Shown piece by piece: positions 36,753 to 45,527 of a stretch of 64,000 nt of DNA. The stretch covers positions 149,925-213,924 of the IMG/VR virus record IMGVR_UViG_3300042519_004024. One strand, given 5' to 3'. Within the stretch, counting starts at the first letter, position 1. Every line of letters starts with the position of its first letter. The notes under the pieces are model-generated. The model saw only the letters and a program-made list of their open reading frames with translations, was not told the origin of the DNA and searched no databases. The position numbers were made by a program, and so were the translations under genes.

Positions 36753-39649
36753 TCAAACACTAAAGATATTAAATCCCCATCCACATCAAATTCGTAGAAT
36801 TCGTCTTCATCTACCTTAGATACCTTAGTTACTTTTTCCATTAATACCCTGTTATTGTTAACTCTACTGTCATCTACTAAATTGATAGTGTCATCAATAT
36901 ACATATAGTAAGGATCGATACCTACCGATTGCCAAAAATTAATTTCCATATCTGATAGGGTTAATACCTCATCTAAATTATCTTGATCCTTCTCTTTCAT
37001 TGGGTATCCTCTACCTAATTCTGTTTGTGATTTAGTAAATATTGGTTGATCGTTAGGATCCTCAATTAAAATATCTTTTCTAATGTCAGGACTATAAACA
37101 ACAAGTAATGGTTCGATTCTTTTATTAAATGCTGCTAATGCTCTTGATACATTATAATCACCTAATAAGTCAGGGTTATTTTCAATTTCCTTTTCATCAA
37201 TTAAATAACAATTTAAAATAACTTCACTTTTTGATAACATTTCAGGTGGTACCGCTCCGTGAATTTGGGTATACTCCTCGATTTGTTTTTTAGTCATTTT
37301 TGTGGTTTTTTTCTGAACATCTCCGTGAGATTTTTTTTCACCATTATTAACATAATAAATTGTATCACCTAAACCTGGAGTTTTGCCAGCATTAATCAAA
37401 AGTTCCATATGAGCTTGTCTTGACATTAAACTTCCCGATTTTGTTGTTTTTGTGACGTGAACTTTATAATCCTCTATAGATTGTTTAACACGAGCCTTGT
37501 TTGCCATCTTAGCCAACGGAATCTCTTTATTATAAATTTTACTAACATATTCGTAGTAGAAATCTAAAAACTCACCACCTTTACCGTCAAGTAACATTCT
37601 TAACCCTTTATCTAAAAACTCAGCAACATATGTTTGAAGTTTTTTAGATTTAATGGAGTTACCTGTAAGTTTAACTTTACCTTTATCTGTAAGAAGTGCA
37701 TAGTTTTTACGAGCCACATTTATTGTTGCCGGCCACACACCGTCAATATCAAGACCCATTTCATTTCTCATGAACAAATCGTTATACTCAGCAACATCAG
37801 CTTCAGCCCCTATATATTCTTTACCCTCTTTAACCAAACCATTAAGTCCTTTACCAATATACTTATAGTTTTCTCTATCTTTTGGTGTCTCAAAGTTCAC
37901 ACCATCCGTATCCATCACTAGAGGTACGTAACCTCTTTTCATGAAGTACATAATCATCTGACGAAGATATTGTCTACCCGTACAAGTAATCTGTTCACCC
38001 ATGTCGATATCACCCCAAGGGAAAACGTGAGGGGCAGATAATGAACCAAAGAATGCGTTGATAAAGATTTTAATTGGTAATTGTTTTCTATCGTAAGAAA
38101 TTGATGCTTTTAAATCTATTGATTTATATTCACTTGCTAAGTTTTTATATTTAATACGAGTATCACGGAAATACTTTAACATACTTTTCATCGCACCTGT
38201 AACATCACAAGCAGGAAACACATCATGTACCAACTGAATGGAAGGATATAGTGAAGAGTAGTCAAGTTTTAATACGTTTCTTGAATATCCAACCTGAACC
38301 AAACGAGAGAGTCCACCTGTAAATTTACGTTTTTCTTTCTTCTTAGGTAACGCCAAATTGTTTTTGTATGACCAAGCACACATAATCATTTTCCATAAAG
38401 TGGCGGTACCCATAGTTGAAAGTCTTTCATATGTTGTTGGTACAAGTTTAGAAAGTAGAAAGTTTGCTTGATTAAATTGCTCATCAACAACCATCGTTTC
38501 GTACAAGTCATCGTCAAGATAATCCTCAATAATTTTTGAACCTGATATTTGTTTATAAACATCCGTTCTTCTTGAACAAACCTCATCTATTTTTTCATTA
38601 ACACCAACCTTCTTATAGTTACCGTTTTCTATATTCATCCAATAGTCCTCATTGTCAAAATATATTTTACCAATCTTATCACCCTCAACGTAAACACGAT
38701 TTTCTTTTTCCGCTTCAATAAATTTGGTAATGTACTTCAAGGACCAACTCTTAATATCTGAGTTGATTGCTTGTGCCCTACGAACCGCATGTGCAATATC
38801 AATAATGTTATACCCCCACATCTGTGTTTGTGTGTAAGGCTCCATCTCATTTGCTAATTTTAGAATCCCTTCTTTTTGTTTTAAAGAATAATCAGGATTT
38901 AAAGTTTTTGCAATTTTTTTAATGTTTAACTTTAAAATTTCTGCACGTTTTAAAATAAATGGAAAATCAAAGAATGCTGAGTTGTACCCACCAACAAGAG
39001 ACGGTTTTAATTTATCGATTGTTTCAAAAAACTCAATAATCATTCGTCTCTCTTCGTCTTCATTTTGAGCCGATAATAATTTTATAAAACCACGATTGTC
39101 TTTCATCCCTATCAAGAATATTTTACTTGTTTTAGGATCTAAACCCGTGGTTTCAATATCGAATACAAACCTGTGGATTTCATCGTATTCGTCAAACCCT
39201 TTAAATAGTCTTTTACTTTTTTGGATGAGGTATTGTTCGACGGGGGAAAGGATGGTTATTGAGTCTGAATTATCCCTACCCCAAGGATCAAGCCCACCAC
39301 CTTTAAAAAAGTTAACAAGGTTTGAATATGATTTTGTGGTTTTAACCAAAAAGGTTAAACCGTTTTTTAATCTTTCATCTCCGTGATCTTCTAATTTTTC
39401 TATAATAATACCGTTTTCAGACATCGCTTTCTTTTGAAAGTCTTTGTTACCTTTATAAAAATTCTTATCACGCAAATCTCCAACCCAAGCAAATGGAATA
39501 AATGTGTCCATCCTCAAAAGTTTACCTTTGATTGGATCTTGAATTACTTTAAAAATTTTATCTGATTTATAATCGTATTCGAGAGCTACGATATATTTTT
39601 CGTCGTCTTCACCGTGTAAAAAACGTTCAATTTCTTCCTGTGGAACCAT
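36749..39649 (-). CDS. Family B DNA polymerase
   Basis: Exo FDIETTG, GYNSAFFDFPF; pol LDYSSLYPS, KIFINAFFG, MDTDG, KNYA. Confidence 0.95.
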   Translation of the reverse strand: MVPQEEIERFLHGEDDEKYIVALEYDYKSDKIFKVIQDPIKGKLLRMDTFIPFAWVGDLRDKNFYKGNKDFQKKAMSENGIIIEKLEDHGDERLKNGLTFLVKTTKSYSNLVNFFKGGGLDPWGRDNSDSITILSPVEQYLIQKSKRLFKGFDEYDEIHRFVFDIETTGLDPKTSKIFLIGMKDNRGFIKLLSAQNEDEERRMIIEFFETIDKLKPSLVGGYNSAFFDFPFILKRAEILKLNIKKIAKTLNPDYSLKQKEGILKLANEMEPYTQTQMWGYNIIDIAHAVRRAQAINSDIKSWSLKYITKFIEAEKENRVYVEGDKIGKIYFDNEDYWMNIENGNYKKVGVNEKIDEVCSRRTDVYKQISGSKIIEDYLDDDLYETMVVDEQFNQANFLLSKLVPTTYERLSTMGTATLWKMIMCAWSYKNNLALPKKKEKRKFTGGLSRLVQVGYSRNVLKLDYSSLYPSIQLVHDVFPACDVTGAMKSMLKYFRDTRIKYKNLASEYKSIDLKASISYDRKQLPIKIFINAFFGSLSAPHVFPWGDIDMGEQITCTGRQYLRQMIMYFMKRGYVPLVMDTDGVNFETPKDRENYKYIGKGLNGLVKEGKEYIGAEADVAEYNDLFMRNEMGLDIDGVWPATINVARKNYALLTDKGKVKLTGNSIKSKKLQTYVAEFLDKGLRMLLDGKGGEFLDFYYEYVSKIYNKEIPLAKMANKARVKQSIEDYKVHVTKTTKSGSLMSRQAHMELLINAGKTPGLGDTIYYVNNGEKKSHGDVQKKTTKMTKKQIEEYTQIHGAVPPEMLSKSEVILNCYLIDEKEIENNPDLLGDYNVSRALAAFNKRIEPLLVVYSPDIRKDILIEDPNDQPIFTKSQTELGRGYPMKEKDQDNLDEVLTLSDMEINFWQSVGIDPYYMYIDDTINLVDDSRVNNNRVLMEKVTKVSKVDEDEFYEFDVDGDLISLVFD

Positions 39650-39713
39650 AATGTTATAAATTTAAGTTTGGTCTATTAGCTGTCACATAAGGGCGACATT
39701 TACCTTCGTCTTA

Positions 39714-39742
39714 AATATAAGAGTAAAATGTACTCTTGTCAA
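39714..39742 (-). promoter_or_regulatory. Sigma70-like promoter of DNA polymerase with palindromic spacer
   Basis: TTGACA-N17-TATATT; AAGAGTA/TACTCTT inverted repeat spans the spacer. Confidence 0.65.
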
Positions 39743-40092
39743 ACAATATTAATATAAAGATTTTCTCTAATTGGAGATACCAATTCTCCATTTTCTAAAA
39801 TTATAGAAAACTGCCCTACAAACCTACCTTTTTTTGTTGTGTCTTTACTATTCCATTTATAATATATGTAATATTCTACAGGAGAATCAGGATTTCTTCT
39901 TTCCTTATTGACAATGTAAGCATTATCCATAAATATTTTTTGTATCCCATCATCTTCACAAACCATAGAAAATCTTAATGTCGCATTATCTAAGATTGAA
40001 TAAAAATCTTTCCATGATTCGGTTCTTCCGTCTCTGACAATGTCCATTTTTAATATGGGTATGGTTGCATTTTGATGAATAAAAAATTCCAT
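39739..40092 (-). CDS. BppU-N-like structural protein
   Basis: MEFFIHQNATIPILKM...YKWNSKDTTKKGRFVGQFSI pattern; downstream of fibre genes. Confidence 0.55.
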   Translation of the reverse strand: MEFFIHQNATIPILKMDIVRDGRTESWKDFYSILDNATLRFSMVCEDDGIQKIFMDNAYIVNKERRNPDSPVEYYIYYKWNSKDTTKKGRFVGQFSIILENGELVSPIRENLYINIV

Positions 40093-40150
40093 AGAATAAA
40101 ATTATTTTTTCTTATTTTCTAATAAATGTTTTATTTGTTTTATTTAAATA

Positions 40151-40738
40151 TTATACACCACGAGGAACTTTTGGTCCAACGGGACTAATTATTTCAGAAT
40201 CATTTTGTAATGTATTAAAATAATTTAAATTTCTTTTAGAGTACGTATTTTTTATCTCGTTATTTCTAAATTTTGAATTTAATAATTTTTGAACGTAAAT
40301 TTCAGCCGATATAGGAGTAACTTTATTTAAATCTTTTCCAATATATCCCTCAAGTTGTAGGTTATCTCTTATAGCATTTTCGGGATTTTTAACTTCAGTG
40401 TTTTTTAACGACATTATTATTTCTCTTGTGACAACACCACCCTCAAGACTTTCCTCATACTTTGTAAGGTCAGAGGTTTTTTTCTCAATATCGTTTCTTA
40501 ATACATCTTTTCTGTTTAAACTTGTTTCGTCTTCTTTTCCGTCTAAACCTTTTAACTCTTTTTGATCTGAATTAATAGATTTAATTTGTGAGTTATATTT
40601 TCTCACCTCTTCTTTTGCTAAATCATCGATTGTTTTTAAAACAATCAAATCAATCCCTGTTGTTGACAAACTAGGGTGTGTTCTTCTTGGTAATTCGGCG
40701 TCTGTAATGCCAGGTATCTTTGTTCTTGTAGTTGTCAT
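40151..40738 (-). CDS. Hypothetical protein (charged, coiled-coil)
   Basis: 195-aa ORF in fibre operon; no motif recognised. Confidence 0.6.
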   Translation of the reverse strand: MTTTRTKIPGITDAELPRRTHPSLSTTGIDLIVLKTIDDLAKEEVRKYNSQIKSINSDQKELKGLDGKEDETSLNRKDVLRNDIEKKTSDLTKYEESLEGGVVTREIIMSLKNTEVKNPENAIRDNLQLEGYIGKDLNKVTPISAEIYVQKLLNSKFRNNEIKNTYSKRNLNYFNTLQNDSEIISPVGPKVPRGV

Positions 40739-40757
40739 ATTATTAGTATTTTATTTT

Positions 40758-43700
40758 TTATAGATCGATTAATGAGAATGTCATAGTGTTTCCACTGTCA
40801 TAGTAATATAACCATTTATCGCCACCTAAGCCTCCACCTTCTCTTAAGAACATAGTACATGTGTATGGTTGATATACGTGTGTTGCAGGATTTAAGGTAA
40901 AATCGTATCCACTAATTACTGGTTGGGTAATATTTGATTGAAAATCATTCCCGACAGTATTCCCAATAAAATTGTTAAATATATTATTATTGTTAAAATT
41001 ATCTAAAACGTCATTGCCGTAAGTATGATTACCGAATCGATTATCGTAAACATTGTCCCCCCACGTGTTTCCTGCAACAAAGAATTGACCAAAGTAGTTA
41101 CCAATTGTGTTATGAGCAAAGTCATTACCTATAGTGTTCCCAAAGAAACTAACACCAGTTCTATTAGATTCAAATCCGGTACCTATAACATTAAACCAAG
41201 AAACTTCACCAATTCTATTATAACCAGCATTATCGTTAACTTCATTTAGATTAAAGAAGTACCCAATTTCATTACCCGCGAAATTTACCCCAAGTAAGTT
41301 TTCTTGGAATAAATCCCCGATTCTATTATAATTAAATCCGTCACCAAATGTGTTTGTATTACAACCCCAACCTATTTGATTATTATTATACCCACCACCC
41401 GAAGTATCGTATGTTACATTGTAAATAAAACTATCCCCAATTGTATTTTGAATAAAATTATTTCTAATTATATTTCCACCATCTCCAAGATTAGGAGCTT
41501 CATTATCAATACCAAAATAGTTACCTATTATATTTGAATTAAAATCATTTAAAATGTAGTTTGAAATTCCTGTATCGTTTAAACTACCAAAATAATTACC
41601 TATTTGGTTATTAGTAAAACCTGATCCTATGTTATTATTAATAAAATGATTACCTATGTGGTTATCCTCAAAAAAGGCATCACCTAACGTTACCTCAACG
41701 GAAGTAACATCGGCTAACGTATCAACCCCATTATCAATAGTATCTCCATTACTAAACCCACCAATATATAAATTAACCGTCATTGCACTAAAACCATCAT
41801 CAGTAACGACTTCTGCGGTACCACCTACACCATTATCAACAACATTCCCGACTTGAAAACTTGTAACTCCCGTTACATTAAATGTGGCATCATTTCCTCC
41901 TGTGGTTATTGTTATGGGATCAGTTACTTGATAATATGTTCCGGGATTATTAATTGTAACTCCTGTTATAACACCTAAACCGTCAGTTAATATATCTACA
42001 GTTAAAGAACTTCCAAGTCCTCCTGTTGTTGGGACATTCGTAGAGTCGGAGTACCCTGTACCCCCACTTGTTAATGTTATCCCTAAAACAGGTCCTTGTA
42101 AGTTTTCATAATAAACAGTAGTCACTATACCAATTTTATTACCTCCAGTTCCGTTAGAGTCCAAACCAAAATTATTACCAATTACGTTATTAAGAAAATA
42201 ATTACCAATTATATTTTTATTAACTTTATCAAAACTACCAAAGTAGTCCCCAATTACGTTACCTTCAAAACTATTGCCAATCACGTTGTTAGAAAAATAA
42301 TTTTTTATGTTATTATTTTCAAAATTATCACCAACAGTATTGTCGGTAAAATAATTCCCAACAACATTATTGTACATATATTTCCCAATCAAATTTCTCT
42401 CAAAAGAATCATTTATTACGTTACCCTGATTTTGTGAACCACCATAACCAAAATCATTATCAAATTTATTTTCTATGAAAAAATCACCTATTTTATTGCT
42501 TGAAAACCTAACACCGCTATTAGGTTCGGTATATACTGAATTCCATTCAGTGTCTTGTGGACTTACGGAACTATTCCACGATCCTTCTGTTGCAATATTA
42601 TAAATTGCCCCACTACTATCTCTAGCGATTTCCAAGACTCCTGGTATAATAATATCAATATCATTAACACCATTTCTTTTTGTAAATGTAACTGTAGGTC
42701 CTATGTTATTACCAAGTGAATCCATTTCAGTTCTTTCGTATTGGAAACCTCCTCCGTTACCATTTAATGTCCATTGATTAAATTTAATTTTAAAATACTG
42801 AGATGTGGATGTAACTTTCATTACGAATTCTTTACCTAAGATTGTATCATCAATAGAGCCATCTAAAGAATCATTAAAAATATCATAAGTTCTACCCGTG
42901 ATATTAGATAAATCACCCCAACCAAAAAGATCATTAATTGGTTGATTACTTTGAAAGTACTGACCTATTTTATTGTTGAAAAATTGATTAGGGATTATAT
43001 TCCCATTAAAATAATGTTTAGTTTCATTATTATAAAAACTATCATTAATTGTATTATTATTAAAACCATTACCAATAAGATTATGATTAAAATCAGACCC
43101 AATTTGATTTTGATTAAACCCATTAAGTATTGTGTTACCTTGAGATGATCCATTAATAGTATTCCCTTGGTAGTTTGTACCAATTTGATTGTTTTGGAAA
43201 TTTTGTCTTACTGTATTTCTGTTAAATCCGTTACGAATATAATTTCTATAAAATTCAAAATTATCTAAGTTACCAAAGTCACCAATTAAATTATCTTGAA
43301 AGTCATCTAATATTTCATTTTTATAAAACGCAGAATAAATAACATTACTATTAAACCCATTTCCAATAATGTTGTCTTCAAAATCAACACCATTCTCATT
43401 TAATAATTGGTTATATTTAAAATCATTACCAATATGGTTAGAGGTTAAATTTGCGTTTATTAAATTATCATAAAAGTAGTGACCAATAATATTACCATCT
43501 ATGTCGTTTACTGATACGTTTCCTGAACAATAATCACCCCAAACGTTATTTTGATTGTCAGTTCCAAATGTATTATTGTAACAGTAATCGCCAAATTTAT
43601 TACTTTCGTATTGCCCTTCTAAAAATACATTGTTTGGTAGTAAAAATGTTCCAGGAAATACATTTGTATAGTTATTTGTGTAATTACCTATATAATTATT

Positions 43701-44576
43701 TTTAGCATAATCGTTTGATATTGCGTCTCCAAATGTTGTATACTCAATAAAGTCAGAGGTTTTAACATTTGTTCTTTTGTAACTAAAGTAACCACCACCG
43801 TTTGTTTCTTCTATTGTACCATAAATTACTGCTCCAGCACCTGTGGTGTTAATAGTATCGCCCGAAACAGTCATTAGGGTATTACCCGTTATTGAAACAA
43901 CTTCAAAATAAGAAGGAGATACGTTGTTTGTATATATTACGTCACCAACAGTTAATGAACTAAAAGTTGTACTAGTACCACTTACAATTCCTCCTGATAA
44001 TATTTCTACAGTTCCGTTTAATCTTAACTTGTCTCTGTATGTAAATAATCTATATCTTTTAAATAAAATATTTCTGTGATCATAATCAGTTCTATTATTA
44101 AACTCATCAATTCTTTCATAAATTCTTCCGTAAGAAACACCACTAGTAACCTCTGTAATATTATATGTAATATCGTATTTAATAAAATCATTAGGGTATG
44201 TTGGTTGATACGCTACCGGACTAATGGTACTATTACTCGTTGATAACACAACAATAGGTTCAACAGGTCCTTGTTTGTAATTTCCTGTAGTTATTGGATT
44301 ACCGTCATAGTCAAAGTCTGGTTGATCGTAACAAGTTTGGAAGTCATCAATTGAGTAGAACGATCCTTGGGTTAGTCCACTATTACTTATTAATGTAACT
44401 AAACTTGAGTATGATGTTGGTGTTGCACTTAATATGTAAGATTGTAAATCACTAACATATGTGTGAACCGTATCTCCTGTTACAGAAGAAAAGTAAGTAA
44501 CTAAAGGTACTAAGTCTAAATTTCCTATATCTCCGTTACTTATGTATGGTAATTCCGATATTTTTTTATTTGCCAT
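40758..44576 (-). CDS. Tail fibre/spike-like protein with Asn-rich beta-helix repeats
   Basis: MANKKISELP start; dozens of ~11-aa N-x-IG-xx-F-xx-N repeats interrupted by globular inserts. Confidence 0.75.
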   Translation of the reverse strand: MANKKISELPYISNGDIGNLDLVPLVTYFSSVTGDTVHTYVSDLQSYILSATPTSYSSLVTLISNSGLTQGSFYSIDDFQTCYDQPDFDYDGNPITTGNYKQGPVEPIVVLSTSNSTISPVAYQPTYPNDFIKYDITYNITEVTSGVSYGRIYERIDEFNNRTDYDHRNILFKRYRLFTYRDKLRLNGTVEILSGGIVSGTSTTFSSLTVGDVIYTNNVSPSYFEVVSITGNTLMTVSGDTINTTGAGAVIYGTIEETNGGGYFSYKRTNVKTSDFIEYTTFGDAISNDYAKNNYIGNYTNNYTNVFPGTFLLPNNVFLEGQYESNKFGDYCYNNTFGTDNQNNVWGDYCSGNVSVNDIDGNIIGHYFYDNLINANLTSNHIGNDFKYNQLLNENGVDFEDNIIGNGFNSNVIYSAFYKNEILDDFQDNLIGDFGNLDNFEFYRNYIRNGFNRNTVRQNFQNNQIGTNYQGNTINGSSQGNTILNGFNQNQIGSDFNHNLIGNGFNNNTINDSFYNNETKHYFNGNIIPNQFFNNKIGQYFQSNQPINDLFGWGDLSNITGRTYDIFNDSLDGSIDDTILGKEFVMKVTSTSQYFKIKFNQWTLNGNGGGFQYERTEMDSLGNNIGPTVTFTKRNGVNDIDIIIPGVLEIARDSSGAIYNIATEGSWNSSVSPQDTEWNSVYTEPNSGVRFSSNKIGDFFIENKFDNDFGYGGSQNQGNVINDSFERNLIGKYMYNNVVGNYFTDNTVGDNFENNNIKNYFSNNVIGNSFEGNVIGDYFGSFDKVNKNIIGNYFLNNVIGNNFGLDSNGTGGNKIGIVTTVYYENLQGPVLGITLTSGGTGYSDSTNVPTTGGLGSSLTVDILTDGLGVITGVTINNPGTYYQVTDPITITTGGNDATFNVTGVTSFQVGNVVDNGVGGTAEVVTDDGFSAMTVNLYIGGFSNGDTIDNGVDTLADVTSVEVTLGDAFFEDNHIGNHFINNNIGSGFTNNQIGNYFGSLNDTGISNYILNDFNSNIIGNYFGIDNEAPNLGDGGNIIRNNFIQNTIGDSFIYNVTYDTSGGGYNNNQIGWGCNTNTFGDGFNYNRIGDLFQENLLGVNFAGNEIGYFFNLNEVNDNAGYNRIGEVSWFNVIGTGFESNRTGVSFFGNTIGNDFAHNTIGNYFGQFFVAGNTWGDNVYDNRFGNHTYGNDVLDNFNNNNIFNNFIGNTVGNDFQSNITQPVISGYDFTLNPATHVYQPYTCTMFLREGGGLGGDKWLYYYDSGNTMTFSLIDL

Positions 44577-44630
44577 CTTTTTATTTTATAAATAGTTTTT
44601 TATTGTAATAATTCTTTAAAAAAAATTAAT

Positions 44631-45503
44631 TTAGTTATATATCCTTATTTCTACAGGTAAATTTGAAAAATTTGGTGTTGATAACAACGTACCGTCATAA
44701 AGAAATATGTTTATTGAAATAAAATTTGATGTGGATTTTTGTCCTGTACATATGTAAAGTACCCCACCACCATTAATGTTTTCAACAGATATTAATATAT
44801 TAGAGGAGGTAAACGCACCTGTCTTAGTTGCTCTAATTATACCATTATTAGGGTTACTCCACTGAATATCATTTGGACTTACACCACTACCGTCTCCTAT
44901 AGTATTTTCTAATTGTGTTACAGTAAATATCCCACCACTTAATGAAACTAACGCTTTATAAATTGTGTAATTAACGGAAGGTGTTGTTGTAATACCAGTA
45001 ACGTTAAATGTTCCGCCTGTGGTATTTGTAAATGTTATTGTACCTGCAGAAAATGTTCCACCTGTAATATATACGTCTGTTAATCCCGTATAAAACCCTG
45101 TCACATTGAAAGTACCTCCAGTGTTATTTGTGAATATTGTTGTTCCGTTTGAATAGGTACCTCCTGTCACTCTTATGTCTGTTGGTAAATTCTGATATGT
45201 TGTTGCAGAAATTGTTCCATTTACAGTTAATCCTGTAACAGTATTAATTGTTGCACTAAAATTATTATTATAGTTGTCCGTAATTGTAAAAGTATTAAGG
45301 TTATTGTATGTAAACCCTGTAACCTTATTTATCGTAACAGATTTAGTACCTCCTGTTGGGTTGGTTATATTAATTGTTCCGTTTGAATATGAGAACCCAC
45401 TTACACCTAATTCTTGTAAGTAGTATAAATTCATATCCATATCATAAAATGATAGTTTTAAATTTTTTGCGTTTGGTCCGTATTGTCTTGTAACTAATGG
45501 CAT
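44631..45503 (-). CDS. Thr/Gly-rich fibre-like structural protein
   Basis: 34-aa repeat D..[VI]TGGT[YF]S.GT..FTN.TGGTFNVTG x2 plus degenerate copy. Confidence 0.65.
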   Translation of the reverse strand: MPLVTRQYGPNAKNLKLSFYDMDMNLYYLQELGVSGFSYSNGTINITNPTGGTKSVTINKVTGFTYNNLNTFTITDNYNNNFSATINTVTGLTVNGTISATTYQNLPTDIRVTGGTYSNGTTIFTNNTGGTFNVTGFYTGLTDVYITGGTFSAGTITFTNTTGGTFNVTGITTTPSVNYTIYKALVSLSGGIFTVTQLENTIGDGSGVSPNDIQWSNPNNGIIRATKTGAFTSSNILISVENINGGGVLYICTGQKSTSNFISINIFLYDGTLLSTPNFSNLPVEIRIYN

Positions 45504-45527
45504 TTTTTTATTTAATAAATATAAAGT

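Noticed and set aside
1468-39649. Inteins, introns or homing endonucleases in RNR, helicase, RecA or polymerase
   Set aside because: ORFs are continuous and of normal length with no intein or LAGLIDADG/HNH motifs
39660-39710. Riboswitch in the polymerase leader
   Set aside because: Only one 6-bp hairpin; no match to a riboswitch consensus I can support without an Rfam search
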